Shown piece by piece: positions 1-10,088 of a stretch of 64,000 nt of DNA. The translations under genes were made by a program, and so were the position numbers. The notes beneath the pieces are model-generated. The model did no database searches, was not told where the DNA came from, and saw only the letters and a program-made list of their open reading frames with translations. The first letter of the stretch is position 1, and every line of letters begins with the position of its first letter. Origin of the DNA: Vermamoeba vermiformis. Taxonomy: Eukaryota. The stretch is from assembly GCA_045837725.1 (NCBI GenBank), contig JBEWZL010000267.1:1-64000 (forward strand). The letters are read 5' to 3'.

Positions 1-2029
1 GATCACGGCTCGAATTCGGTCGTTCTCGGACTGCACCTTTTTGGATCCTTTTCGTGGCTTTATTCCAGAAAAAGACTTGTAAACTTTTTGCTGCCTGTTT
101 GGAAGTGTCAGCGTGGTCATCAGATCGTTCTTTTCCTACTTACTTTTCCTTGATCTCCTTCTTGACAGAGTCATTGAGATCGGAGCAATCGATCATCAAG
201 TCCAGCGGCAATGCCACGGCAGAATACCCGGAGTCAGCGTATGGAGTTTGATTCGAGTGCCGCCAAACATTGCTGCCAGCAAAATACATCTTCACCGCTG
301 CCAGACTGTTTCTGTTGGAGTTGAACTTTATCATCGAACTCTTCAAGCAACCGATGCCCAAGTTTGGGAAGGACTGCACGGAAGCTCCCAGCGGAACGGA
401 GGGATCATCCCCTTGTTCGAAGTTACGATCGTTTGGGATGAAAAGCTTCGAAAAAGATGATATTGAAGCATCGTTCATCGAGGCAACAAAGTTGGGGTTC
501 CAGATGACCGAATGAGTCTGCTTCGCACTGACGCTCCTGCGCAACTTAGGTGTGAGCAGCAGCCTTCACGAGCGTTACCATCGTACCTGAGAGTAATTGC
601 TATATCCTGGTAGAATTTGGTGCCTTCGAAATATTCGTTCTCCTTGTCGCATATCTCGTCGACTTCGAACACACTCGACACGTTGTTCATGAACCAATTG
701 AACTCGGAGGCGTCTTTCATCACCTCTTTACCACCGAAAAATTGCACCACAAAGACGACAGGAACCCTGAACAGAGGTTGAGAAAACGGAGGTAGATAGG
801 CTTTTTTTTTGTACCTAGATCCACGAAAGTGGAATCGTGACTTAAGCTTTTGAATCTCAGTCAGGCAGTCGGCAGAAACCGTCTCCATCCTCCTGACATC
901 TTGATTTTCGTTTAGGTGCTCCTCCAAGTCGTCCCAAATGCCAATGTCTTTGGCAGCATCGGAGTTTTTGATCCCGGTCAAGATGACATCCTTGTAAAAC
1001 GCTCGGAACATAGAAGGCAACAACGAATCATGCGACTTCCAGCCCAGGAAGCAAGCATACACGTCATTCTTGCCATCCACGGCCCTGATCAAAAGTGGTC
1101 AGAACTGTAGGGACTAGCAGCCACTAGCGAGAACATACCCAATTTTTAGGTTGGCAGTTGTCGACAATGAGGACCCTGCCCAATCACCCTTTATCTTGTC
1201 GGCAGAAGAACCATACTGAGGATGGATGTACAGACGAGGTAGCCTACGGAGCACTCCCAGGGTGTCGGTGACGATCGAGGTCGCATCCAAATCCATTCGA
1301 GAATGCAAATCAACTTTTGATTTGAGATCGGGATAGTGAGCAGCTGCACCATAGTAGGTTGTGCTATTGAAAAACTCCATAGGGTTATTCGGGAGGTCGG
1401 AAGAATCAGACACTTCCTTGTAATCCTCAATCAGGTGTGCCGAGTAGACGGTCGGCCTGCAGGAACGAGTTTGCAGCATTGAAGCAAGCTCGTCTGACGT
1501 TGCTTTCGGCAAGGAACAACCCGCCAGAGATGGGATAACGGTGTTGAGGCTAGAAAGTTGTCAATCAGAGTGCTTGCAGCATGAGCAATCTGTTTGTTGA
1601 TTACCGTTCCACGTTGGATAGAAAATTAACTTGCTCCTCTTCTTCCATGTTCAAAAACCATTGCAGATTGGAAATGACTTGGTGTTGCCTAACAATGCTC
1701 ACCATCTTGTCGAATGAAACGGCCTCAGGGGATGACAGTTCCTTCATTGCAAAAAAATTAGGATCCAGGAGCTGCGTCTTACTGATCTCTGTTACCTCTG
1801 ACCCTTCCTCTTCAGCAATCGAGTCGTTGAACTGGAACAGGCAATCGTCGGAGGGACTCGACTCTGCCTCGTCGACCAAAAGCTGCTCGTCGTTCGACCA
1901 GTCAATGCTGCGCTGCCGCTCCGAACTGGACGACAGCTCATCATGGGGATTGGAATTGGGAATGTTGTCGCTGGACATCTCGGGGAGTCTGCTCATTCTC
2001 CTGGTGAAGAAAGGCGTCAGAAATAGCAT
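1..2029 (-). CDS. Orphan multi-exon protein, 3' end runs off the window
   Basis: ORFs 1601-2029, 1114-1512, 475-1092 and 140-544 join in frame across GT..AG introns (~1550-1604, ~1084-1138, ~539-585, ~95-143), most with a CTGAC/CTAAG-type branch site. Spliced text includes LKIGAVDGKNDVYACF, FYQDIAITLRSVSAKQTHSVIWNP and KMYFAGSNVWRHSNQTPYADSG. Confidence 0.7.
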
Positions 2030-2090
2030 TCTCCCGTTTTTGTTTACAAGAACTCTTTATAAAAAATATTGTATAAAATCAAGGATACAA

Positions 2091-4070
2091 TCATTCAGAC
2101 AGATAAGCGGGGATTCTGCTGGCGTTGACCGTTTCAAACAGTTCAGGCTGCAACATGTATGTCTTTCCTTTGTAAGACACCACCCGATCCTTGGCAGATT
2201 CGATATGCTTTTTCCAAAGCTCATCAAAGCCTTTGCCTATTTTCTTGGCAATCGTTGAGAACGACAGGTTGCAGAAAAGCAAAGCCGGGATCCTTCGTGC
2301 AGCTGCCTCGAACTTGGTGCAATTGTACTTGAATCTGGCAGGGCAATGATTATCAGTCTGGTTTGCTGTTAAACCTAGCAATGTTTACCTTCGAAAAGAG
2401 TTGCAGGATCCGGTCTTGTCCTTTGTGTCGAAGATCCGAGCCTGAACAAACGTCGATCCCTTGAGCTGCCAAAATGCCTTGTTCTTGATCACTGCTTGGT
2501 GAAGCTTTGCATTGACCTCTTCTTTTTTCTTTTGCTCAGTCATTGAAGAGCTCCAATTGGCCTCGCATTCTGCCCGAATTTGGGACTGCCAATGAGTGAG
2601 AAAAGAAGATAGTGTGAACAATTTCATTTTGGTGGCTATCTAGAAAAGTGCAACATAATTAGTCAGGTTGCAAGCACTGAAAACTACCTGATCCACTTAC
2701 TTTCACGCTCCTGTCATCCCGGTGCAATTTTGTGAGGTCTGCGGCAATGCTAGTGAGATAGCTATTGTAGTCCGCTTCAGCAGTCTTGCATTTGAACCAG
2801 GCATTCAGGAAGGAGCAATCCACCAAATCAAAATGATCTGAAGAAAGAGCGGCATCCACCTCAAAGGTTTGCGACGACTTCATCCCGTTTACGAATTTCG
2901 TGTAGGCGGCATAATCGATAGAGCAGTCGGAGAGCTTGTCGAGCAGTGCACCAAAGTGATCAACTGCGTCAAAAGATTAACAGGGGACTATGACGTATCT
3001 ATTGACTCGCTTACCCTCAGGAGTTGCTGGTTTTGCTTGCAACTCCTTTGCTGGAAAGATTTTCTGGGGGGCAATATCTCTTTGAGCAGATGGGGGCTTG
3101 GCTTTCTGGCTAGTCTCACACTGAACGGCTGGTGCGCAATCTTCTTCGTTTCCAGCGTGGTCCTCGACGGTTACCACCTGCGGAGGTGCCTTCTTGAACA
3201 ATTTGTCCATCATTCCCTGACTCAGCTCAATTGGCAACTCTCCTTCAACCATTGCTGTAGAAATGGGTTGAGCCAGTGCAATGCAGCAAAGTGCCACAAA
3301 CAAACTCACCGATGAAGAGGTTCTCTTCGTGCTTGAGTGTATCTGCCAAGAAGCCACCGTTGACAAACCTAGCAGTCAGTGCAAAGCCGTTCTTGACAAG
3401 GTAGTTGACGCACTTGACTGCCTTGCGAGCTGCTCCTATCAAACATTTGAGTAAAATTGCATGTACCTTCGGCTGCTACTCACTGGACTCTGTAGTATCA
3501 TCAATACGCTCCTTTCGAGCCTTCTTCTTCTTTCCGGCAGGGGAACAGTCATTGTCTCGACTGTCTCCTGCTTGGTGGCCCATGTCATCCGCTTGGGGTT
3601 CTTCACCTTGCTCCGCCAATGCCGTGCCATCGTTTGGACCATCCCAGCCATCCAGCTGTCCTTCTGGGTTGTCTGATGCTCTTGCAGGCACATCATCAAC
3701 ATGGTGCTGAGACTCCTCCTCTGCCGATAGAGACAGAGCCTCGGCGACCTGCAGTGTGGCAATGCATTAAACAAGCTGCTTTTATTGAAGGCAATGTGAT
3801 TATTCGATTTACCTTAAACCTCTTGGCCGGTCTCTCCGAGGACTCTTCATCGTCCTCAAGCACCCTCTTCCGCTTCTTGCCTGCTTGGGCCCAACAGGAC
3901 TGAGCGTCTGCAAGCTGCTTTTCGGAGTACTCCAACTCTCCGTAACTAAAATAAATCGGTTCAGATGACGGTTACAACCCCAGTTAAAACACTTACTATT
4001 TTTTAATAAGGGCTCTCAAGTCGCTCTCAGACCCCCATGTCTCTCCGGCTACTAGGGCAAGGTAAAAAAT
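2091..4070 (-). CDS. Orphan multi-exon protein with basic NLS-like and acidic low-complexity segments
   Basis: Successive minus-strand ORFs (3696-3935, 3476-3691, 3245-3442, 2977-3366, 2659-2883, 2385-2627, 2091-2381) are separated by GTAAG/GTGAG/GTACA..AG introns. Contains KKRKR and KKKKARK motifs. Start not resolved. Confidence 0.6.
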
Positions 4071-4558
4071 GCACATCCAAAGGCGGGAACTTTTTGTCGG
4101 TTGGATTTTTGGATGCGGATTTTTACTCCAAAGACCGACTCTTCTCCCTATAATTAAATCTATTCTAGGCCCTGAAGCCTTTGACAGCCTCGGCTCAATT
4201 AATGAGATTTGAGTGAGAAAAATAACAATTTTGGATTTTGAATCCTGCGGTCTTGCGTGCTCGGATAAAATTTTATCGACCAAGCCTACATAATTTTCCT
4301 TTCGTGTAATTTTATCAGTCATAACTTACGTAAATCTTTCAAAAGTTGGTGCGTGGTTGTGCGTACTTGATTTTCGGCAAAAATAACGGTACAAAAAAAG
4401 CGCGCTGCTGGCCATTGGTGGGTAAGCCAAAAAAGGAAACCCTTGTCTTGGGCAAACATATTGAATATAAACACGACCATTAGAAGGTGGTTTATTTATG
4501 CAACGTATTTTAATGCGTTAAACAGAATGCACTCAAAGAAAGCATCCAGATCCTTCGT

Positions 4559-5070
4559 TTACCATTCGTGCAGTTGGTCTCCTCGGATTCTTCTGGCCAA
4601 TTGCATATCCTTTGGCATTATAGTTACTCTCTTGGCATGGATGGCTGCCAAATTGGAGAGCTCCAGCAGAGTGACGAGAAATTCCTCGGCCGATTCCTGC
4701 AAGGCGAGCATTGCATTTTTCTGGAAACGAAGATCCGTCTTAAAATCTTGGGTAATCTCTCTGACCAATCTGCAGAAAGGAGCAAAGGGCAACAGCAGGT
4801 TATAGGACTTTTGGTACTTTCGGATCTCGCGAAGAGCAACTAAAGGTAATTATTAAAAAAAATAATTCAAAATATTAGCAAATAAATGATTATAATTAAG
4901 TATTAGTTATGCTAAATTATTTTCTTCAATATCTTACCAGTCCCGGGTCTAAATCTGTGCGGTTTTTTAGCGGATCCCTTCGGAATTTTACTGCGCTTCT
5001 TCGGTGCATTGTTCTTACGTGGAGCCTTGCCTCCCGTGCTTTTTCTTGCGTGTTGTTTCGTTCGTGCCAT
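4559..5070 (-). CDS. Divergent histone H3 variant (2 exons)
   Basis: Exon 1 (5070-4938) [44 protein letters not shown]; intron 4937-4840; exon 2 [40 protein letters not shown]...[22 protein letters not shown]. Unmistakable H3 histone fold. Confidence 0.95.
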
Positions 5071-5123
5071 ATTATTACATGTATTAAACCGAGTTTTTGG
5101 TTAGTTTATTTTTTGACCAGATC

Positions 5124-6178
5124 ATGGAACACAAAATCAATTTTAGGTAAGCATTAATACAACTTTATTTATTAATAATAATATTTCAATATAATTATTA
5201 GACAAGTGGGCAACCCAGATTTATTCGATTATTTTTACCTGGATGCGGCCCGGCAAGAATTTTTGCTCACTATCAATGGTGCTGCTAGAATCCTTGGCAA
5301 AACTAAGTTTGCATGGATGAAAGCAGCGAAGAAAGGTAATAAATTTAATTTTTAAAATATTATTTATTTCTGATCTGATCATTAACCAGATCCCGAGTAC
5401 GCCAGCATTGTAGTCGAAAATGTTGCCATTGATTGGTTTGAGGGGGAAAGGGTTGACGGCAATGCTTTGCGTGCCAAGTGGATCAACTTGCAAGGGTTGA
5501 ACAAACTCGTTCCCCTGTACATACGAAACAAAAACTTGAATGCAGTGTGCAGTGTGTTGACGTAAGTATCGTTATTCTTTATTTTAACTTATCCACAATT
5601 TTTAGTGAGCAACTCTTCACCTTGGGACTTGAAAATGTTCTCCAAGTCCAAATAGATGCCGAGAGCAATCGAGTAAAGGTAAGTCGTATCATGCATTAAA
5701 TATCCATTTATTAACTTTTGGACAGTTTGCCCTGGTTGACGACCTTTCCAAAGCCTATGCTCCATATCAGAGGCCTCCTACTGAAGTTGAGCTGCTTCCA
5801 GATGGAGTGGAAGTGCTCAATTTGGTTGCCAAACGCGTTGACGAGCTCACGGATAACTGGCTGGCTGAACAGTACCTAACAGCTGACGATAAGGCTTTGC
5901 TGGATAAAGCCCCTGATTTGCCTTTCGATGATAGGTGCCGTCAGCGGTTGCGCAATACCATTGCCAACCTCTTTGCCTCCTTCTCTGAGGAGGAACGAAG
6001 ACTCAGAACCTTGCGAGCAAGCGACACCGAAGATGATGAAGAGGATGAGGAATCAGAAGAGGAAGAAGAAGAGGAGGACGATGACGAAGACTACGGTGAG
6101 AGCAATGACCATTCCAGCTCCTCGGTGGAGGAGAAGTCAAACGATGAGTCTTCTGTTGACTCTATGGATATTGATTAA
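5124..6178 (+). CDS. 5-exon protein with possible Bro-N-like N-terminal domain and long acidic C-tail
   Basis: ATG at 5124; exons splice in frame (MEHKINFRQVGNPDLFDYFYLDAARQEFLLTINGAARILGKTKF...KWINLQGLNKLVP...) into ORF 5807-6178 with a D/E-rich tail. The Bro-N resemblance is by eye only. Confidence 0.75.
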
Positions 6179-7593
6179 GTATGAAATATAAAGCGTCTTT
6201 TCTTAATTTAGCTTACCGATTATCATCTTGGAAATGCAACGAACAGCTTGCTTTTGCGAATTGCCACCTGAATAACGCTTTTCAACTTCCGCCACCGATC
6301 TTTGCTCGTTGTGGGCAATCAATTTAAGATATGCTCCTGATATAATTAGTAATGCATATTGGTGAATAGAGAGTTACTTACCAGTTGTTATTCCGCCAAA
6401 TCCAACGATCCCGTATCTCGAATCGAAAACTTTTTTGCTTTTACTGCCTTAATTGATGTTTGCTATTAATAAAAGTAATTAAAATATTATAGGGATATAT
6501 TTTAATACGTCTGCAACTTCAACAATTGCAGATTTGACCCGGATCAAAAAATTGATCAGTACCAAAAATTGATAGAAAATCGATATTATTATTTTTTTAA
6601 CGTGTAATATGTTATTTTTATGCTATTCTAATATAATTTATATGAAATTAATCATTAAAAGACTTACCAGTCGCAAAATCCAAAAAAAAAATTAAATCTG
6701 GCTTGCATTGGAAAAAAAGTTTTTCTACTCTGCTGCTAGGTTATTTAATCTCGTGGTAAATTACACCCCACGAGATTTTGACCCTTTGTGCCCCTCTGTT
6801 GCGGCTGCATTGGATCCCGGGATAGAAATACTAACGGCCACAGGTGAAAATCCTCCCAAAAACCGCGAGGGAGGATTTTACTGGAACGCACTTTTCTCGG
6901 TTCGGCGGTCTCCAGTATTAAAAGTAATTACATAGTGATGATCAGCGACGTTTACTCTATAACGTCAATTGTTTTGAGGCCAATTGGTAAGTGTTTTTAA
7001 TAAATTTTTATTCGGTTGCACAAATTCGTTTCTAAATCTGGCAACGCTGGATCAAAGATTAAAAACCTTCAAATTTAACGCTTCTTTTCACTTCATTATA
7101 TTATATTGACAGTAATTAATACTACTATGCTTCTCCCATCAATATTCATTGCCTACTAACATGTGGGCAATGAAGCAGATCCTGAATCCGAAAATTTTTG
7201 GCTTAATAATGACTCAGTACAGTTACTAATACGGTGAATATCTATTAAACAGACTGCTTTTTACATTGGCAACGCGATTATTCATTTTTGCTCGGGCGTA
7301 CGTACTTTGAACTTTCTCATCCCGAATCTGCAACCAAACTCTCTATCAAAAAATTGGTAACACTTCAATATTTATTCACATTGCATTTCTGATCATTATT
7401 TTGCATTCAGGCAAGTCTAAAACTTTTGTGCCCCCAATCCCAAGTTGTAACCACAGGTTTAAAACTTTAAAGTATCAAACAGATAGCTTTCGATGAAAGC
7501 AATGCGATTAATGTATTATTTAACTTTGCTCAATAGGTCTACACGAGTTTCCAAAGCTTTCATTTTTTGTTTTTCCCAAAACGTAGCAACACA

Positions 7594-8232
7594 ATGGACC
7601 GTCGCCTGAAGCTCTTCTCATATATGTAAGTGCTTGAATTATCTAATTGTACATTATTTAATGCATAATACAGCCCGCCCAGAGACCCTGGTGCACCTCG
7701 CATACTGCTTGGACCCCGCCGTGCATCCACGACCAACGATACACCCTCCGCACCCAGCAAGCGCGGCAAGTACGAGCAGGTAGTAGGTGCTCCTCTTTAC
7801 CCACCTTCTTAACAGATCTTTTCGTAGCCTTTGTTGCCGATCATTCCAAGCCAGGTAATCCTCCCCAGGATTGCCTTGTTATGGAGTCAGTCGTTTGATT
7901 CTTCACCTGGTGGTTGCCAATGGAGCCTTGGATCACTAAGACTTGTCAGCCGCAATTGCAAACATATCTGTGATGAATACTTGTTGGATCGAGCTGCTTC
8001 GCTGGGATCTGTTGCTGGAATGGTCAAGCTCTCTGGCCTGCGCTTTCAGCCCACCAACAATACCTGTCGCTTGGCTGCTGCTCAAGGGCACTTGGAATGC
8101 TTGGTCTTTGCCTACTGCAACCTTTACGTTCCCTTGGAAGATGCATTGAGCATTGCTCAGTCATCAGGCTTTGTCCACATCCTTGCTTATGCCAAGAAAG
8201 CTGCATGGCCAGTACCGAAGAAACTACAATAG
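7594..8232 (+). CDS. Small protein with ankyrin-like repeats and a possible degenerate F-box
   Basis: Three exons (ATG 7594) join ORF 7831-8232. TCRLAAAQGHLECLVFAY matches the TCxxAAxxGHLECL ankyrin style. LRLVSRNCKHIC resembles an F-box end. Confidence 0.65.
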
Positions 8233-8343
8233 TCATTATTCTGTTAATGCTTAGTAGCAGACGTAATGCAGCCAAAATGCAATAAACAGGTTTCTTTCAT
8301 CGAGTGCAGCCTGTTTGATACACTTTCAGCCCACCCAAGCAGC

Positions 8344-8700
8344 AGGGCATCCTCCAGAGATGATACCTTGTGTATTCACTGGTCCTTGTGGGGGAGGGCG
8401 TCCGCCATGGAGGACGCCCTATGGTACGTGTTTGTCTCAGCAGGGGAGGGCGTCCTCCATGGAGGACGCCCTATGTACTTATCCATGCCGGTCTGAGGGG
8501 GGAGGGCGTCCTCCATGGAGGACGCCCTATGTACGTGCCTGTCCGAGTCAGGGAGGGCGTCCTCCATGGAGGACGCCCTATGTACGTGCTTGTCTCAGCG
8601 GGGGAGGGCGTCCTCCATGGAGGACGCCCTATCTACTTACCCGTGCCGGTCTGAGTCGGGGAGGGCATCCTCCATGGAGGACGCCCTATGTACGTGCCCA
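8344..8700. repeat. Tandem array of a 26-bp perfect palindrome AGGGCGTCCTCCATGGAGGACGCCCT
   Basis: Six near-perfect copies (~8395, 8447, 8503, 8554, 8605, 8663) plus one degenerate copy (~8344), separated by related 25-32 bp spacers. Confidence 0.95.
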
Positions 8701-8831
8701 ACTGACCTCAAAACTCCCAGCCCTAGCCCTATTACCAGTATAATGCTGAACCTATCAGGTTGAGGTATTTGCTACAAACCTGATGCAGGAGGTAAAGGTA
8801 CATGACAGCGATCCCGAGGTGGATACAGCAC

Positions 8832-9056
8832 CCCCCGTCCGCCAGGCGGACGGGTCCTTATTAAATTAATATACCCCCGTCCCCCTGGCGGACGGGGTCC
8901 TATTAAATAAATATACCCCCGTCCGCCAGGCAGACGGGTATCCATCAATTTTATAACTGGGTATACCTCAGGCTGAACCTGGCAGGTTAGGTACTATTTA
9001 CCTTCCCAGTGTAGCATGGGTTGATAACGTGCCCCCGTCCACCTGGCGGACGGGGT
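8832..9056. repeat. Array of palindrome CCCGTCCGCC(A/T)GGCGGACGGG
   Basis: Four copies at ~8832, 8874, 8916 and 9032. The first three are at 42-bp spacing with AT-rich spacers. Confidence 0.9.
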
Positions 9057-9160
9057 CAGTTATCAACTAAGGTACCAATTTCCCAGTATACAGGCTACTC
9101 CAAACATCTTGTTTATTTAATGTCACATACATTGGCCATGGGTGGCGGCTGATTTGTACA

Positions 9161-9318
9161 AATGTTTGATTGGCCTCTGTGGCTGACTTGCCTCACACCC
9201 AACCGCAGCCCCACCAGCCCTAACCCTAAAGGGTATATAATGTTTGATTGGCCTCTGTGGCTGACTTGCCTCACACCCAACCGCAGCCCCACCAGCCCTA
9301 ACCCTAAAGGGTATATAA
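9161..9318. repeat. Perfect 78-bp tandem duplication containing CCCTAACCCTAAAGGG
   Basis: Unit starts at 9161 and 9239; also visible as the 26-aa repeat in ORF 9162-9359. Confidence 0.95.
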
Positions 9319-10036
9319 TTTTCTCTCTTCAACTCTACTGCCAAAGCCCATCTACTTAGTACAAGTTGTTAGTACCCTTCAAGCACTAACTGGGGGGACT
9401 ATTGCTTATGCCCCTTCAGTCCCCATTGCAAGGTGCAAGTCAAGTCAAGTCATGCTCATTGGTGAGCTGAGGCAGGGCCTTCTTCCCTGCCTCAAAACTA
9501 TTACAACCTCTACAAACACGTTATATAGACTTGTATCAATGCTATTATATCATTTCCCTCTGATTGCAGGCAGTCTTACAGCCTGCCTGGTAACTGGTAT
9601 CAGAGGAACCAGCTAAATTGCACCTTCTGCAACCAAATCTGCAAATTTGCAGATGTACTATTTTATTAAATTTGTCACCTTTTTCAGGCATTTTCATTCT
9701 CTTTATTCATATTTTGAACCTTTTTTACAAGCAGCGCATCAATTGCGCAATTCGAATATTTTAATTTTTTTTGCACTTTGCCGAATCCTTTCCAAAATCA
9801 ATTTTTAAGCTTGTAACAGCATATTTACATGTATTAAAGGTATTATTTTATTATTCTGATCATCTTTTTTTACCAAAGCCTGTCATCAGCAGTGTCATCT
9901 GCCCCGTCTTCAGTTGTTGTCAACGGCACCCAAATTTTCGCAAAATTATTTCGGACTTACCTCAACTTTCTCATTGTTTTTGATAATTTGGGCATAATTA
10001 GCCTCCTCTGAAGTATATTTGTGCAAATTTTGAGAC

Positions 10037-10070
10037 GCGCTGCCCTCGGCCTAGCGGCCTCGGACAGCGC
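10037..10070. other. Isolated GC-rich hairpin GCGCTGCCCTCGGCCTAGCGGCCTCGGACAGCGC
   Basis: GCGCTG/CAGCGC outer stem and GGCC-TAGC-GGCC inner stem, in AT-rich context. Confidence 0.6.
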
Positions 10071-10088
10071 CGAAGATCCCATTGTATA

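Noticed and set aside
1-3935. Decayed pseudogenes, or a variant genetic code with stop readthrough
   Set aside because: The stops and frame changes I examined fall inside canonical GT-AG introns, and splicing restored the frame at each junction I translated.
4559-5070. Centromeric H3 (CENP-A)
   Set aside because: It retains the canonical [17 protein letters not shown] tail, normal loop 1 length and the FQ motif.
6190-7500. Additional small multi-exon gene(s)
   Set aside because: Some exon-like pieces and splice signals exist on the minus strand, but I could not build a convincing model.
8344-8700. CRISPR array
   Set aside because: Spacers are homologous to each other with 3-unit periodicity, there are no cas genes, and the context is eukaryotic with introns.
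8266-9359. Repetitive ORFs (MEDAL..., GGRPPWRTPY..., MFDWPLW...)
   Set aside because: These are by-products of GC-rich DNA repeats open in several frames on both strands.
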